31,739 nucleotides of DNA. It comes from a virus (Duplodnaviria > Caudoviricetes). The DNA lies in the IMG/VR virus record IMGVR_UViG_3300036975_000021, positions 1 to 31,739 of that record. One strand, given 5' to 3'. A program made the translations under genes and the position numbers. Below are positions 9,177 through 19,429 of the stretch, in pieces. The number at the start of each line of letters is the position of its first letter. Position 1 is the first letter of the stretch. Below the pieces are notes generated by a model. The model did not search any database and was not told the origin of the DNA. It saw only the letters and a list, made by a program, of their open reading frames with translations.

Positions 9177-9689
9177 GTGCACCTGTTTGTGAAATCCATT
9201 ACGTACGATCCGCCGCTTACGGCGAGAGTGCAGCGAGCGGCTCAGAAGTTCGCGTTTGCACGTATGGGCGAGTATTGGCACGACCAGATCAGGCCGAAGC
9301 ACTTCAAGATGTCCGCGTTCGGGGAATACAAGTACGCCAAGCGGACGGAGAAGTACGAGAAGCGGAAGCGACGCAAGTACCATCACAACTTGCCACTCGT
9401 GTTCACGGGCAAAAGTCGCGATCTGTCCCGCATGAAACGGATCGTGGCGACGCCGCGTGGCGTGCTGGTCCACATGAACATACCCGCACTGAATTTCAAG
9501 CGAGGCAAGACGCGAGCATTGGCCGAACTGGCCGGCATCGAGAGCGGTCGAGAGGAGTTCGAGCGGTTCTCAAGGCTTGACGAGTCGCTCGTCGTGAAGC
9601 GATTCGTAAAGTCGCTCAATAGGGGCCTCCGAGAACAGGGACAACGAGCCAGAGTGAAAAAAGTCAAACTCGTTTCGCTCGGCTATTAG
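9177..9689 (+). CDS. putative neck / tail-completion protein (basic)
   Basis: Fills the gap to the tail tube gene; KRKRRK...PLVFTG resembles virion morphogenesis proteins. Confidence 0.55.
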   Translation: MHLFVKSITYDPPLTARVQRAAQKFAFARMGEYWHDQIRPKHFKMSAFGEYKYAKRTEKYEKRKRRKYHHNLPLVFTGKSRDLSRMKRIVATPRGVLVHMNIPALNFKRGKTRALAELAGIESGREEFERFSRLDESLVVKRFVKSLNRGLREQGQRARVKKVKLVSLGY

Positions 9690-9700
9690 GGAGACTAGCC

Positions 9701-10645
9701 ATGTCAGACCGTTGGAGTCTCAAGGCCGTCCAGATCGATGACACTGCCGACGTCATCATCGGCGGAATCACCCAGCAGAACCTCAACCTCGGGATTGAAC
9801 TGTCCAACGATGCATCAAGCGGAGCTGTCTATCCGTCCGTCCAGTCCGTCAATGCGCAGAATCCAAGGGCATCATTCACAAGCTACCAGATCGCCAAGTG
9901 CCTCGCTAACATCGGCGTGCTTGGACTCGACATTGGTGCGCTCGCCACCGGACTGAAGTTGTGGGCGTACAAGCATGCGGAAGGCGGATCCAGGGCGACG
10001 GGTTCCAATCATCGGAGCTTCGACGTAGCCGCTGGCCTCATCGTCCCGCGAACGATCACTATCAATCACCAGGGGGATGCGACATTCGCCGCCGATGTCT
10101 TTGTCACGCACGACGGGACAAACGTCCCCGTCATCCCGACCGACAGTGCGGCAATCCCAGCCGGCGACAGCGACGATGAGAGATATACGCTCGGATCGGT
10201 TACGATCGAGAGCAAGGCCTTGAATGCCGTCGGGTCAGGCGTGCTTCAGTCCATGACTATCGATTTTGGGATTCAGGAGCTCGTTGAGGGTGGCGGGTCA
10301 GATCTGTACCCGACGCACGCGTCGATCATGACGGCGAGCCCGGTAATCACCTTCACGGCCACGAACATCTTGTGGTTTGCGGATGCGACAATCCCGCTGA
10401 ATGGTCTGAACGCCACACATGCGAGCACGTCGATCTATCTCCGAAAACGCGATGTGGAAGGTGGTACGTTCGTGGCGGATGAAACGGAGGAGCATATCGA
10501 GATCACGGCGGCCGGCATACTCCATGTCACGGACGCAATCGATGCGACCCAAGGCAGCCCGGCTACCATCTCGGCGAGCATGCCTCTTCGATATGACGGG
10601 AGCAACGACCCGATGGTGATCGATACGACGGCGGCGCTACCCTAG
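9701..10645 (+). CDS. major tail tube protein (putative)
   Basis: GGGAG SD; 314-aa Thr/Ala/Ser/Asp-rich beta protein followed by a terminator, a frameshifting chaperone and the tape measure gene. Confidence 0.75.
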   Translation: MSDRWSLKAVQIDDTADVIIGGITQQNLNLGIELSNDASSGAVYPSVQSVNAQNPRASFTSYQIAKCLANIGVLGLDIGALATGLKLWAYKHAEGGSRATGSNHRSFDVAAGLIVPRTITINHQGDATFAADVFVTHDGTNVPVIPTDSAAIPAGDSDDERYTLGSVTIESKALNAVGSGVLQSMTIDFGIQELVEGGGSDLYPTHASIMTASPVITFTATNILWFADATIPLNGLNATHASTSIYLRKRDVEGGTFVADETEEHIEITAAGILHVTDAIDATQGSPATISASMPLRYDGSNDPMVIDTTAALP

Positions 10646-10662
10646 TACGTTCCTTCGCCAGC

Positions 10663-10699
10663 GCCAGGGCGGCGGCGAGAGTCGCCATCTGGCCTTTTT
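10663..10699 (+). terminator. intrinsic terminator-like hairpin after the tail tube gene
   Basis: GCCAG..GGCGGC-GAGA-GTCGCC..CTGGC followed by TTTTT. Confidence 0.7.
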
Positions 10700-10711
10700 G
10701 TGGGGCGAATC

Positions 10712-11515
10712 ATGGCAGGCTTTCTCTACTACGTTCCGACGTCAATCAAGGCAGTGAAGTCTGGCGGCCTAGGTCTAACAGATCCAGACGAGATAGCGGA
10801 GCTTGGACTCGGTCACGCGTTCGAAACGCCTCCCGTCGCGGCCGGTGTTCGCGGTGGTCCGGACGGCGGCAACGGGACACTCCTCGGGCAGTCAGCAAGT
10901 TTCTGTGGACAGCGGATTGGGTACTATCCGGACAAGCAGACTTGGCGGAAGATCCCAAAGTCTGAAGTATGGCTTGGGTGGTACACAGAGAATCTTCCAA
11001 GGCCGGATGCGCTCCGGCGTAGCGAGGTGGTGCCCGGAGAGCGCGTTCGTTTGGGCGACGGCAACCTCTGGCTGATCCCGTTGTCCAGATCTGTATCTGA
11101 CGATAGCGAGGACTACAGTGTCTGCAGTGCAATCCCGGCAAGCCGAATGTTGGACGACAATGGAAACTGGGTCAGGGGTGCGCCCGAGCCGAGATACGCT
11201 CGCCTGTGGGAGACTGCCAATCGCGTTTGGGATGCGATCATAGACCGCGTCGTGGAATCCACCGGCGAGAGTTCAACGATCGAGATCGGAGAGGAGTCTG
11301 ACGCGTGCGTCGATGCCCTACAGGCAAACTACCGCGTTGGTCCCGCTGAGATCTCGGCACTTGGACTCCTAACCGACCAGAGCGCAAGTGCGATCATCAA
11401 GGCCATGGTCGGTGTGCCAAAGCTGTTGGACCGGCTCAAAAAAAAACGGGCAGAGAGTGGCGTGAGTATGTCCGATGGCGAGTTGGGCTCCACCCAAAGC
11501 ACCGTCCTACCGTAG
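10712..11515 (+). CDS. tail assembly chaperone (gpG analogue)
   Basis: Lies between tail tube and tape measure; contains an A9 slippery run near its 3' end. Confidence 0.75.
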   Translation: MAGFLYYVPTSIKAVKSGGLGLTDPDEIAELGLGHAFETPPVAAGVRGGPDGGNGTLLGQSASFCGQRIGYYPDKQTWRKIPKSEVWLGWYTENLPRPDALRRSEVVPGERVRLGDGNLWLIPLSRSVSDDSEDYSVCSAIPASRMLDDNGNWVRGAPEPRYARLWETANRVWDAIIDRVVESTGESSTIEIGEESDACVDALQANYRVGPAEISALGLLTDQSASAIIKAMVGVPKLLDRLKKKRAESGVSMSDGELGSTQSTVLP

Positions 11516-11547
11516 TCGAACTGTGGGCGCTTTCCAGGGGCCTCTGA
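11438..11547 (+). other. programmed -1 frameshift site and gpGT-like extension
   Basis: CTC AAA AAA AAA CGG; the -1 frame reads TGREWREYVRWRVGLHPKHRPTVVELWALSRGL and stops at 11545-11547, 1 nt before the TMP start. Confidence 0.75.
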
Positions 11548-11548
11548 C

Positions 11549-13474
11549 GTGGCGAAAGAGCGAGTCACAATCGAGATGGACGCCGAGGAGCAGGCGCTCT
11601 TTCGGAAGTACATCCAGCTCGAGAAGAAGCTCCAGCGCCAGGAGCAGAAGCTTCGCGACGTCGGTAAGGCGGGGGCGAAGACTGGAACGAAGATGAAGCA
11701 GGCTGGCGACGCTGCGAAAGACGCGTTCAATCCTGCCAGGATCGCAGAGTTTGCCACCGCGTTCGTTGGCGTCAACGCCGCCATGAGCGCGATCCAGAGC
11801 ATCTCTCGGACGATCACAGCGGAACTGCGGGAGCAGCTCGATTTGCAAGATCGTGCCAAGGCGGCACAGATCACGCTCGCATCGGCTCGTAAGGGCGTAC
11901 TTCGGAATATGGCTGGGGCAACAGATACAGAGAGACAGCAGACGCTCGCCAGTATCACGGGCATCAGCACAGAGACAGGCGTCGAGGAACGGTTTGTGGC
12001 CAACGCCTTCGCCCAAGCCTTATCAGCGAGCGGCGGTAACATCCAGGCATCGATGAAGGCCGTCAAGCAGGCGTCAATGTTTCTAGCTGATCAGCCAGAG
12101 GAGATCGCCGAGTACGCTGGGGCCCTCTTGGATCTCGGAAAGGTCACCAACAGAATGACTGGCGGGAAGTTCGATGCCGAGGTTGCCAAGGGTCTTCTTA
12201 TCAAGGTCGGCGCGATGTCACGCGTTGTGGACCCGCGCATGCAGGCCCAAAACATCGCACCGGCACTGATCGGCATGCAGGGACTTAACGCGACGGCGTC
12301 AGAGGCTGCCGCCCTATTCGCCTCAATCTCCAATGCGGCGGCGGACGTCAAGGGCGCGATGACTGGGACAGGTACGATATCATTCGCCGAACAGCTTCGC
12401 GGGTTCGGCGCTGAGGAGAGGAAGATCAAAGGCGGCGGGACGGCCCCGGCAATCGCAGGCTGGGGCGAGATGACGATGGGGGAGCGCATCAGATACCTGC
12501 AGTCTAACCAGGACATTGCCTCTCAGTTCCTCGATCAGCTCACGCTTGAGAAGAAGGTGCAGGTGCCATTCGAGCAGTTGCTGACCGACGCCACGTCGGA
12601 AGCGGCCAAGGCGTTCGCCGCGAACGTGCAGAGTTTCGGCGGCGCTGAGGACTTCCGCAAAGCCGCCCGAAGCGTGCAGGAGTCGTATGGCCTTGATCCT
12701 CTTGAAAGGGTTGCGCAGATAGACCGCGCATCGAAGCAGGCTGTGGATCAACTTAAAACGCAGAACGTTATCGGCGGCCAACTCTCTGCTTTACGTGAGG
12801 GAGCAACGGAGGTTTTGAGGGAATCCGGTTACGGGAAGCTGGCCACGGATATTTCGGAACTGTCATTGAAGGCGGAGGGACTGAGTGGAAAGCGACCTGG
12901 TGCAAGCAGGGCGATCGAGATGCTACGCGGGCGAGCCAAAACACTCAGGGCACCAACCGAACGAGTACAGAGGTTCGGCGGATTCACGACGCACGGCACG
13001 GAGGTTGCACGCGAAGCGAGCCAAGAAGAGCTGAGGTTGGCAGCAACACTTGATGACTACGCCAACAAGATCGACGAGGCACTCAACGCAACGCCAAAGA
13101 CCAAATTGATCTCCCAATGGAAGAAGACTGGATTCACAGAACTCGCAAGCTCGCTAGAGGCTTTCGAGGCAGGCCCGCAGTTTGTGCCCGGCTCCGAAGA
13201 CGAGGTGATGGAGTTTGCTCGCAACTGGAGATACAAGAAACAGAACAGAATGTACAGCGTGGCGAACCCACGGCGCCGCGAGAGTGATACGCGAGAACTG
13301 TCGACAGAGGCGTTCCAGGAGCGAGACCTAAGCGCCAAGGAACTGCGGCAGATGGGAGAGGTTGAACGCGTACTTGGTAATCTTGGTGCATCCGCCAAGG
13401 AGTTGAATCGGGCAACGGAAAATATGCAAACGCCACGGTCGAAGACACTCGGAGATCCAGGTAAGGACATTTGA
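11549..13474 (+). CDS. tail tape measure protein
   Basis: 641 aa, Ala/Gln/Glu-rich helical composition, typical N-terminus (AKERVTIEMDAE), expected position. Confidence 0.85.
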   Translation: MAKERVTIEMDAEEQALFRKYIQLEKKLQRQEQKLRDVGKAGAKTGTKMKQAGDAAKDAFNPARIAEFATAFVGVNAAMSAIQSISRTITAELREQLDLQDRAKAAQITLASARKGVLRNMAGATDTERQQTLASITGISTETGVEERFVANAFAQALSASGGNIQASMKAVKQASMFLADQPEEIAEYAGALLDLGKVTNRMTGGKFDAEVAKGLLIKVGAMSRVVDPRMQAQNIAPALIGMQGLNATASEAAALFASISNAAADVKGAMTGTGTISFAEQLRGFGAEERKIKGGGTAPAIAGWGEMTMGERIRYLQSNQDIASQFLDQLTLEKKVQVPFEQLLTDATSEAAKAFAANVQSFGGAEDFRKAARSVQESYGLDPLERVAQIDRASKQAVDQLKTQNVIGGQLSALREGATEVLRESGYGKLATDISELSLKAEGLSGKRPGASRAIEMLRGRAKTLRAPTERVQRFGGFTTHGTEVAREASQEELRLAATLDDYANKIDEALNATPKTKLISQWKKTGFTELASSLEAFEAGPQFVPGSEDEVMEFARNWRYKKQNRMYSVANPRRRESDTRELSTEAFQERDLSAKELRQMGEVERVLGNLGASAKELNRATENMQTPRSKTLGDPGKDI

Positions 13475-13476
13475 CG

Positions 13477-13854
13477 ATGGCCGGAATCGGCGGCGTAACT
13501 TGCACCTTTCTGTCTGGTGGGATTCAGGACCTTAAGGAGGAGACGGAGGTTTGGCGCACACCTGGTATCGATGGATACGGGGCGCAGAAGAAAGGTCTCG
13601 GTGATTCGGCGTTTCAGTTCGTGGCCGTCCTCTATGACAGCGCCGCAAACAGCGAGGACTGGATCCGCGACTTGGAGGCTCTACAGGGTTCCGCGGTCAG
13701 TGCTGAAGATGATTTCGAGCTGTCCTACTACCACTTGCTCGTAACTCAGGTGCAATTCATGGACCGAGTCGGCGCCCACACGCCAACGGAGGATCGGTAC
13801 AGGACCCGAGTCCTTATACGCGGGATAGTCACCGGTGATCTGGAGTCGGCATGA
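13477..13854 (+). CDS. putative distal tail protein
   Basis: First gene after TMP; EVWRTPGIDGYG resembles distal tail/hub-type proteins. Confidence 0.5.
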   Translation: MAGIGGVTCTFLSGGIQDLKEETEVWRTPGIDGYGAQKKGLGDSAFQFVAVLYDSAANSEDWIRDLEALQGSAVSAEDDFELSYYHLLVTQVQFMDRVGAHTPTEDRYRTRVLIRGIVTGDLESA

Positions 13855-14513
13855 CAACATCGCGTCCAATGAATCATACTCGCTCTGTCCGGTCCGGACG
13901 GTTCGCTTCCCGTGTGGCACGAAGTCACGTGCAACGAGCCGTCAAGCCCGCCGGCAAGGCGTACAGTATCGTCCGCGACGGGAACCTTGTCACTGTGACG
14001 GTCGCGTCCGATCTGCCAGCATCGACCAGGATCTACTATCACTGGTACGTCGACGGCATCTTTCAGGCTACGACGACTGCCCCGAGCCGGTCGTTCCATC
14101 TCCCTGGCGGCTACCAGGCACGGATCGAGGTCGTCGATACGCTCGATCCAGCCCTCGATCCGTATGCCAACGCACCTGTAGGCTATCCGGCAAGGCAAAC
14201 GATCCATTGGTGTAGGTCCATCTCTACGGACGTGGCGGCCTACCGCGTAGAGCAGAAGGTGATTTCTGGGTCATGGCATGAGATCGGGAGAGTACGTCAT
14301 GTGCCGGGTCAGTGGTACTACACATTCGTGAGCCAACGTCTGAACGACCTAACCTACTACTACTGGCGCGTCGTACCGATAGACGCCGTCGGCAACGAAA
14401 CGAGCGGGGTAACGGAGATGGGGCCGATCAAGATCGTCAGGCACCCAGATGCGCCCGATTGGTCTGCATCGTACGACGATGGTGCTCAGCGCGTGACGTT
14501 CTCGGAGGCATGA
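13851..14513 (+). CDS. minor tail protein with Ig/FN3-like domains
   Basis: LNDLTYYYWRVVPIDAVGNETS is a fibronectin type III C-terminal signature; ATGA coupling. Confidence 0.65.
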   Translation: MTTSRPMNHTRSVRSGRFASRVARSHVQRAVKPAGKAYSIVRDGNLVTVTVASDLPASTRIYYHWYVDGIFQATTTAPSRSFHLPGGYQARIEVVDTLDPALDPYANAPVGYPARQTIHWCRSISTDVAAYRVEQKVISGSWHEIGRVRHVPGQWYYTFVSQRLNDLTYYYWRVVPIDAVGNETSGVTEMGPIKIVRHPDAPDWSASYDDGAQRVTFSEA

Positions 14514-14514
14514 G

Positions 14515-14997
14515 GTGTCGCTAGATCCTCGAGATTGGACTTTGACCAGGGTCACAACTCGCACGCATGCGGTGCGCTACCTGGAGATTCTGCAAGAGGG
14601 CCAGGGCGACATCTATGGCGGCGCAGGCGTCGAGCTAATCGAGAGCATGGCAAGCAGCAATCGTGGGTTCTACCTCTTCGTGCTCGAACATCCAGAAGGT
14701 GCGGGCGCGTGCTTCGCCCTGCGGTACCGACAGCAATGGATTCGCCCTCCGTGTATCGTTCACGCCGGGGTCAAAGGCGCGACATGGTCCGAGTTCGTCG
14801 GTGCGGTCTATCGCGCTATGCGGCAAGTGCTCCAGTTCATTGAATCTAGAACGGGTGTCACCTGGGACCGGTTCGTCACAGCACATTTCGATCTTGCAAG
14901 AAGCCCAACGCTGGTGTCGAGGATCGAGTCACTTGAACGTGCAACACTCCACGTTGTCGGTGGCAGTGCCGGTTGGTTTTCGATCGAGGTCCCGTAA
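14515..14997 (+). CDS. hypothetical protein in the tail module
   Basis: GGAGG SD and tight packing between neighbours; no recognised motif. Confidence 0.55.
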   Translation: MSLDPRDWTLTRVTTRTHAVRYLEILQEGQGDIYGGAGVELIESMASSNRGFYLFVLEHPEGAGACFALRYRQQWIRPPCIVHAGVKGATWSEFVGAVYRAMRQVLQFIESRTGVTWDRFVTAHFDLARSPTLVSRIESLERATLHVVGGSAGWFSIEVP

Positions 14998-16145
14998 TGC
15001 CTTCGATGACGCTCTACATCCAGCGTGTCGTACCAAGTTCCGGCGATGCGTGGGAGGTGACGTCCGGCATTGCTGGCTGCAAATCGGACCGAATCGGTGC
15101 CTTGCGCAACAGGATCCCGTCTGGAAGCAATGGCCTGATACTGACGGAGGACACCGAGGGCAAAACGCTTCGGCTCGACTTCGACGGACTGCCTCAATAT
15201 GTCGATACAGTCACCTCTGTAGTGGTGCGGCACTTCGCTGCAGGCTACAAGGCGTATCTCGATACAGAGATGTTCGTCGACGCAGTCTCCAAGGGCTCAG
15301 ACAGCATCACGCTAAGCGCGATCTTTGCTGAGCAGACCGCGAACGTGGCTGCGTGGGACGGGCCGTGGACGCGGGCTCAGATGATGGGCGCATATTTCGA
15401 GATCGGAATCACGATCTACAGTCCTTCGCCAGTTGTAGCGGTCGATTGGGTTCAGGTCGAGATCACCTATACCGAGGCGAGTGGCATCGTCGAAACCGCG
15501 CAGCGTGCCGATGCGCTGCAATGGTGGCTGTCTACCGGTAGACTTGAAGGATCATCCTCTCTGGGTACAGTTCCTGGCTGCGCGCTGACGAGGCCCGCGG
15601 TTCGCAACGGAGAAGGGTGTGGATTCCTCGTTGCCGACGGCGACTTTCTCACGTGGAGGGCTCCTGGATCTTCGTCCTACGGTGCTCCAGTAGATGTGTC
15701 AGAAGACGGTGATTATCTTATTGAGGATGGTGACGATCAAAGCAAGTTCATAGAGGTCGGAGTTCATGCTGACTACCTTCCGTCTGGAACCGATGAAGGT
15801 CGCGTCTTTCTTCAACGGAATTATGAGGCCGGACTTGAGATCAATGCCGCGATCGCAGAGTCAGGGAACACATCCAGTGCCACCGTATACCTGCGCAATG
15901 CATCCGTGCATGACGTGCACGGTGTCAAGGCGTGGATCGACGCAGGGAGCAAGTACTGCGCGATAAGTGACGATGACTCAACATGGGTAACGCCACATAC
16001 CGAGGATGCGCCAGACGTATTGGCGTGGGACACGATTCGGCGAGGAGAGCTCGTTGCAGTCTACCTGCAACGCACGATCCCAGCGGGCTGCCAGTCGAAT
16101 CCGAAGATCCCCCTTGCTCTATATGCATCATGGGATCGGTTCTAA
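14997..16145 (+). CDS. minor tail / tail-tip structural protein
   Basis: TAATG coupling; beta-rich and acidic, with VDWVQVEITYT typical of virion beta-sandwich domains. Confidence 0.6.
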   Translation: MPSMTLYIQRVVPSSGDAWEVTSGIAGCKSDRIGALRNRIPSGSNGLILTEDTEGKTLRLDFDGLPQYVDTVTSVVVRHFAAGYKAYLDTEMFVDAVSKGSDSITLSAIFAEQTANVAAWDGPWTRAQMMGAYFEIGITIYSPSPVVAVDWVQVEITYTEASGIVETAQRADALQWWLSTGRLEGSSSLGTVPGCALTRPAVRNGEGCGFLVADGDFLTWRAPGSSSYGAPVDVSEDGDYLIEDGDDQSKFIEVGVHADYLPSGTDEGRVFLQRNYEAGLEINAAIAESGNTSSATVYLRNASVHDVHGVKAWIDAGSKYCAISDDDSTWVTPHTEDAPDVLAWDTIRRGELVAVYLQRTIPAGCQSNPKIPLALYASWDRF

Positions 16146-16161
16146 GAACGGAGGTTGTACG

Positions 16162-16647
16162 ATGTCATTCTACAAGCTGGTGTTTGACGATCAGGCCAGC
16201 GGGGCCGTGGCGGATACGTTCAAGACTGTCGCCGCACTGATCGCAGCCGACACGGCTGGCTACAGGTGCCGGATTCGTTCGTTGCAGATTGGGCCGGCGG
16301 ACGACACGCCATCTGACGCCAACATCGCAGTGCGTCTCAATTGCACTGACAACGCTGGCGCCGGAACGCCCGGCGCATCGATAAGCGGCGCCAACATACC
16401 AAAGACAGACCCGGACTCTGTCGATTCTGTCATCAGCGGCGCTACCGGGTACACGGTCGAGCCGACCACGTACGCGACTCAGCCGCTCTGGCAAATGGAC
16501 ATGAACGTTCGGGGTGGGTTCATCAAGGAGTGGGATATCGAAAGCGCTCCGGTGGTCGCGCGGAACACGACCCTTGGTCTGCTGATAGCTCCTAGGGCTG
16601 CATCAGCGCAGAACGTTAGCGGCACGATCGAGTTTGAGGTGTTCTAG
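16162..16647 (+). CDS. small beta-sandwich virion protein (putative)
   Basis: GGAGG SD before ATG 16162; Ala/Thr/Gly-rich, ends VSGTIEFEVF. Confidence 0.6.
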   Translation: MSFYKLVFDDQASGAVADTFKTVAALIAADTAGYRCRIRSLQIGPADDTPSDANIAVRLNCTDNAGAGTPGASISGANIPKTDPDSVDSVISGATGYTVEPTTYATQPLWQMDMNVRGGFIKEWDIESAPVVARNTTLGLLIAPRAASAQNVSGTIEFEVF

Positions 16648-17429
16648 TGGCCTGGCCGTCAGAGGCTGGCGCTGTCGCGTTCGTGCATGGTCGTCCGTCG
16701 AAACGGAGGCCGTGGCGCCGCCGCTCACGGTGTCTGCCTCCTGTACCGTTCAAGCGACGATGGTATGCCGACTACGCCGCGAACTGGCGTGTCTTCAACG
16801 ACACGGCGTACCGCTTCTACCGCCGCAAGGGCGCGCCACCAAAGGAGGATCAGGCACCGTTCGCGACGTCGTCGTCGCTGCCAGACACGCCTACCGCGAC
16901 TTTCGACGACGGAATTTGGTACCTTGCGGTGAGCTACTTCAACGGAGTCCTGGATTCTGGCTTCCTACCCGTCGGCATCAACGGAGAGCCGTATGCCAAG
17001 ATTGAAATCAGCGGAGGTAATGAGTACGCGACAAGACCCCGCTCACCGTTCGGGCTCAGGCTGTCCCGCGAGGCATCCGGCGTAGTCCGCGTTATTGGCT
17101 TCTACGGCCAAGGAGATTCTGATCGGGCTGGTGAGTGGTCGATAGCCTACACGACTAACGGGTCCGATCCGGCCACTGATTCGCCTGACGTCACGGTCAC
17201 GATGACGCGAGGTGGAGTGCAGATCCTCAGCTACGCACTGCCGACACAATCTGACGGAACAACGGTCAAGGTTCGCGTCCAGGTCCGCAGGAATGACGGT
17301 ACGGTCATATCGCCGGTCTGGGTCTACTCAGCGGAGAGTTATGTCCTTACCACTACGGCGGACGCAGAGGCCCCATCGGGCGTGCTTGGGCTCGGTAGAT
17401 GGATAGGGCTTGAGCCGGAGAGTTTGTGA
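16647..17429 (+). CDS. minor tail protein (putative)
   Basis: Coupled to both neighbours; beta-rich C-terminal part, Arg-rich N-terminus. Confidence 0.55.
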   Translation: MAWPSEAGAVAFVHGRPSKRRPWRRRSRCLPPVPFKRRWYADYAANWRVFNDTAYRFYRRKGAPPKEDQAPFATSSSLPDTPTATFDDGIWYLAVSYFNGVLDSGFLPVGINGEPYAKIEISGGNEYATRPRSPFGLRLSREASGVVRVIGFYGQGDSDRAGEWSIAYTTNGSDPATDSPDVTVTMTRGGVQILSYALPTQSDGTTVKVRVQVRRNDGTVISPVWVYSAESYVLTTTADAEAPSGVLGLGRWIGLEPESL

Positions 17430-19429
17430 TGGGCATCACGATTGCCCCACGCACAGCGGAGTACCCAAGGCAACACGTTGCTGCCATCGTTGAGACAAAG
17501 GACGAGTGGTCCGGAGAATGGCAGTATCGACCTGAGCTTTTGTGCGCACGGGTAGCCTTGTCCGCTGCAGGTGACGATCTCGGGGCCGCCGAACTCCAGC
17601 GACGATATGGAGAGATCAAGCAACAGTGGGAGGGAAGCTTCGGAACTGTTGCTCCTATTGACATAGCGGATCACTGGGTGCGCGTCTCGATGGTATGCGA
17701 CGAGGGTGTCTATGTCGTCTTCATCGGGCAGATCAGCGGAGAGCCGCGGGTAATCTACGGTGCCGACGTTGCGCCGAGCGGGGTACAGACGTGGACAGCA
17801 TACGGGCCGCTCCAGACCCTGCGCAAGATTCACGTCAGTGAGTCCTATTGGTACGAGGCTGGCGAGGCCGAGCGTGCGATCGGGTGGGTTCCTCCGATGA
17901 ATGCTCGATCAGAGACGAAGACCGTGTCTGGTAATCGATCCGATGCGGAGGGCGATGCCGGGAGCTATTGCTATGGCGGAACCGACACCTGGACACATAG
18001 GCAATATCTCGACTACCTGCTTGCCCATTGGCTCGATGATGACTGGCGCCTAACGGGCCAGACGAGCCTGTTGGATGAACTGAAGACGATCGTCACCTGG
18101 AATGATACGCAGACTCTTGCCGAGATGTTCCGCAAGCTGATCCCAATTCGCTACGGTCTAGATTTCGTCGTCCGCGCATACTCTGAGACAACTGTAGATG
18201 ACGATGGCGAAGAGACGACGAACGAAGGCTTCGAGATTCACGTTTTCTCGCTGAGCGCAAAGTCGCGGACTGCGGGAGGCGTAACTCTCCCGGCAAACCC
18301 AGGCACTGTGAAGATTCAGGCAGCAGAGGCGAGCGACGTCCTCAACTGTAACGTCGTCAGAACGCGAGACCATCGATACGATCGGATTCGCGTGCTCGGC
18401 AAGCGAATCATCGTCTGTTGTTCGCTCGACGCTACGAAGGGTACGCTCATCCCAGCCTGGTCTGATGAACAGGAGGTCTCGTACAAGGCCGCCTCGATGG
18501 AGCAGCGCAAGACCGACGCGTACCGCGCCGTCTTCCAAGCGTACCAGGTCCCGTCTGATTGGGACTTCAACGAGGGCAGCGCTGCGCCGAAATTGGACGA
18601 AAACGGCGCCGTCGTCGAGGGTGAGTCTTCCGATACGCAACTGACGATTCGGAATACACTCCGCTGGCTGCCGCTCTTCGAAGGCTTTGACTACTCAACC
18701 GACCCGGAAACGGACAACACCCCGGAATGGGTTCAGCCCGATCTGATGCCTCCGATGGCCTTTGTGTTCGACGAGCTTGATGAGCCAGACGACGCAGGCA
18801 ACGTACCAGGTCGGTACATCCTAGCGGAAACCGCCGACATCGACGTGCACGTTCCCCAGGAGCATCTCGGCATCTTCCTGAAGTGTGACCCCAACCATTG
18901 GTTGGCTGACGGGCATTGGGATGACGAAGAAGACGCGATCGCTGACAACGAGCTGTCTCCGGCTTACGACTACGATCTGATAGCATGCACGATCGCGTTT
19001 GAGTCAGACCAGCGACTCATGAAGTCGTACACCCGACCCAGCACAGACGAAGCTGGTGGCGTTTCGACGATCGACATTATCGTTGACGATGCCGAATTCT
19101 GGTACCTTGCTGCAGGCACGTACGTCGGTATCAATGACGATGGGGAGCTTGTCGAGTCCGGGCCCGGTCGGATCTTGCGTGACGACTCAGACAAGTTGTC
19201 AGCAATACTCGCTGGCGCCATCGCGCGGTACTGCGACGAGAGGGCGCGGGCAGAGATCCGGCTTGCAGGCCTACTACCGTGGCAGGATTTGCTCGGTCAG
19301 ATCTTGACTGTCGTCGAGGAGGGCGACAGCGATTCGCATGAGATTGGCGCACCGATCACATCGATTGAATGGCACATGGGAATCGACGGCTCGCCGACAA
19401 CGACGGTCCGCGCGGGGTTTGCGGAATGA
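17426..19429 (+). CDS. large tail-tip / hub protein (putative)
   Basis: 667-aa acidic protein; VFIGQI..., RYDRIRVLG and ITSIEW...TTVRAG patterns resemble tail hub proteins. Confidence 0.6.
   Translation: MMGITIAPRTAEYPRQHVAAIVETKDEWSGEWQYRPELLCARVALSAAGDDLGAAELQRRYGEIKQQWEGSFGTVAPIDIADHWVRVSMVCDEGVYVVFIGQISGEPRVIYGADVAPSGVQTWTAYGPLQTLRKIHVSESYWYEAGEAERAIGWVPPMNARSETKTVSGNRSDAEGDAGSYCYGGTDTWTHRQYLDYLLAHWLDDDWRLTGQTSLLDELKTIVTWNDTQTLAEMFRKLIPIRYGLDFVVRAYSETTVDDDGEETTNEGFEIHVFSLSAKSRTAGGVTLPANPGTVKIQAAEASDVLNCNVVRTRDHRYDRIRVLGKRIIVCCSLDATKGTLIPAWSDEQEVSYKAASMEQRKTDAYRAVFQAYQVPSDWDFNEGSAAPKLDENGAVVEGESSDTQLTIRNTLRWLPLFEGFDYSTDPETDNTPEWVQPDLMPPMAFVFDELDEPDDAGNVPGRYILAETADIDVHVPQEHLGIFLKCDPNHWLADGHWDDEEDAIADNELSPAYDYDLIACTIAFESDQRLMKSYTRPSTDEAGGVSTIDIIVDDAEFWYLAAGTYVGINDDGELVESGPGRILRDDSDKLSAILAGAIARYCDERARAEIRLAGLLPWQDLLGQILTVVEEGDSDSHEIGAPITSIEWHMGIDGSPTTTVRAGFAE

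Noticed and set aside
11475-11696. ORF as the T part of the tail chaperone
   Set aside because: It is in the +1 frame and overlaps TMP; the -1 frame ends cleanly before TMP
9701-13474. Contractile tail, tailocin or eCIS interpretation
   Set aside because: No sheath or baseplate J-like gene is recognisable, and full head and packaging genes are present
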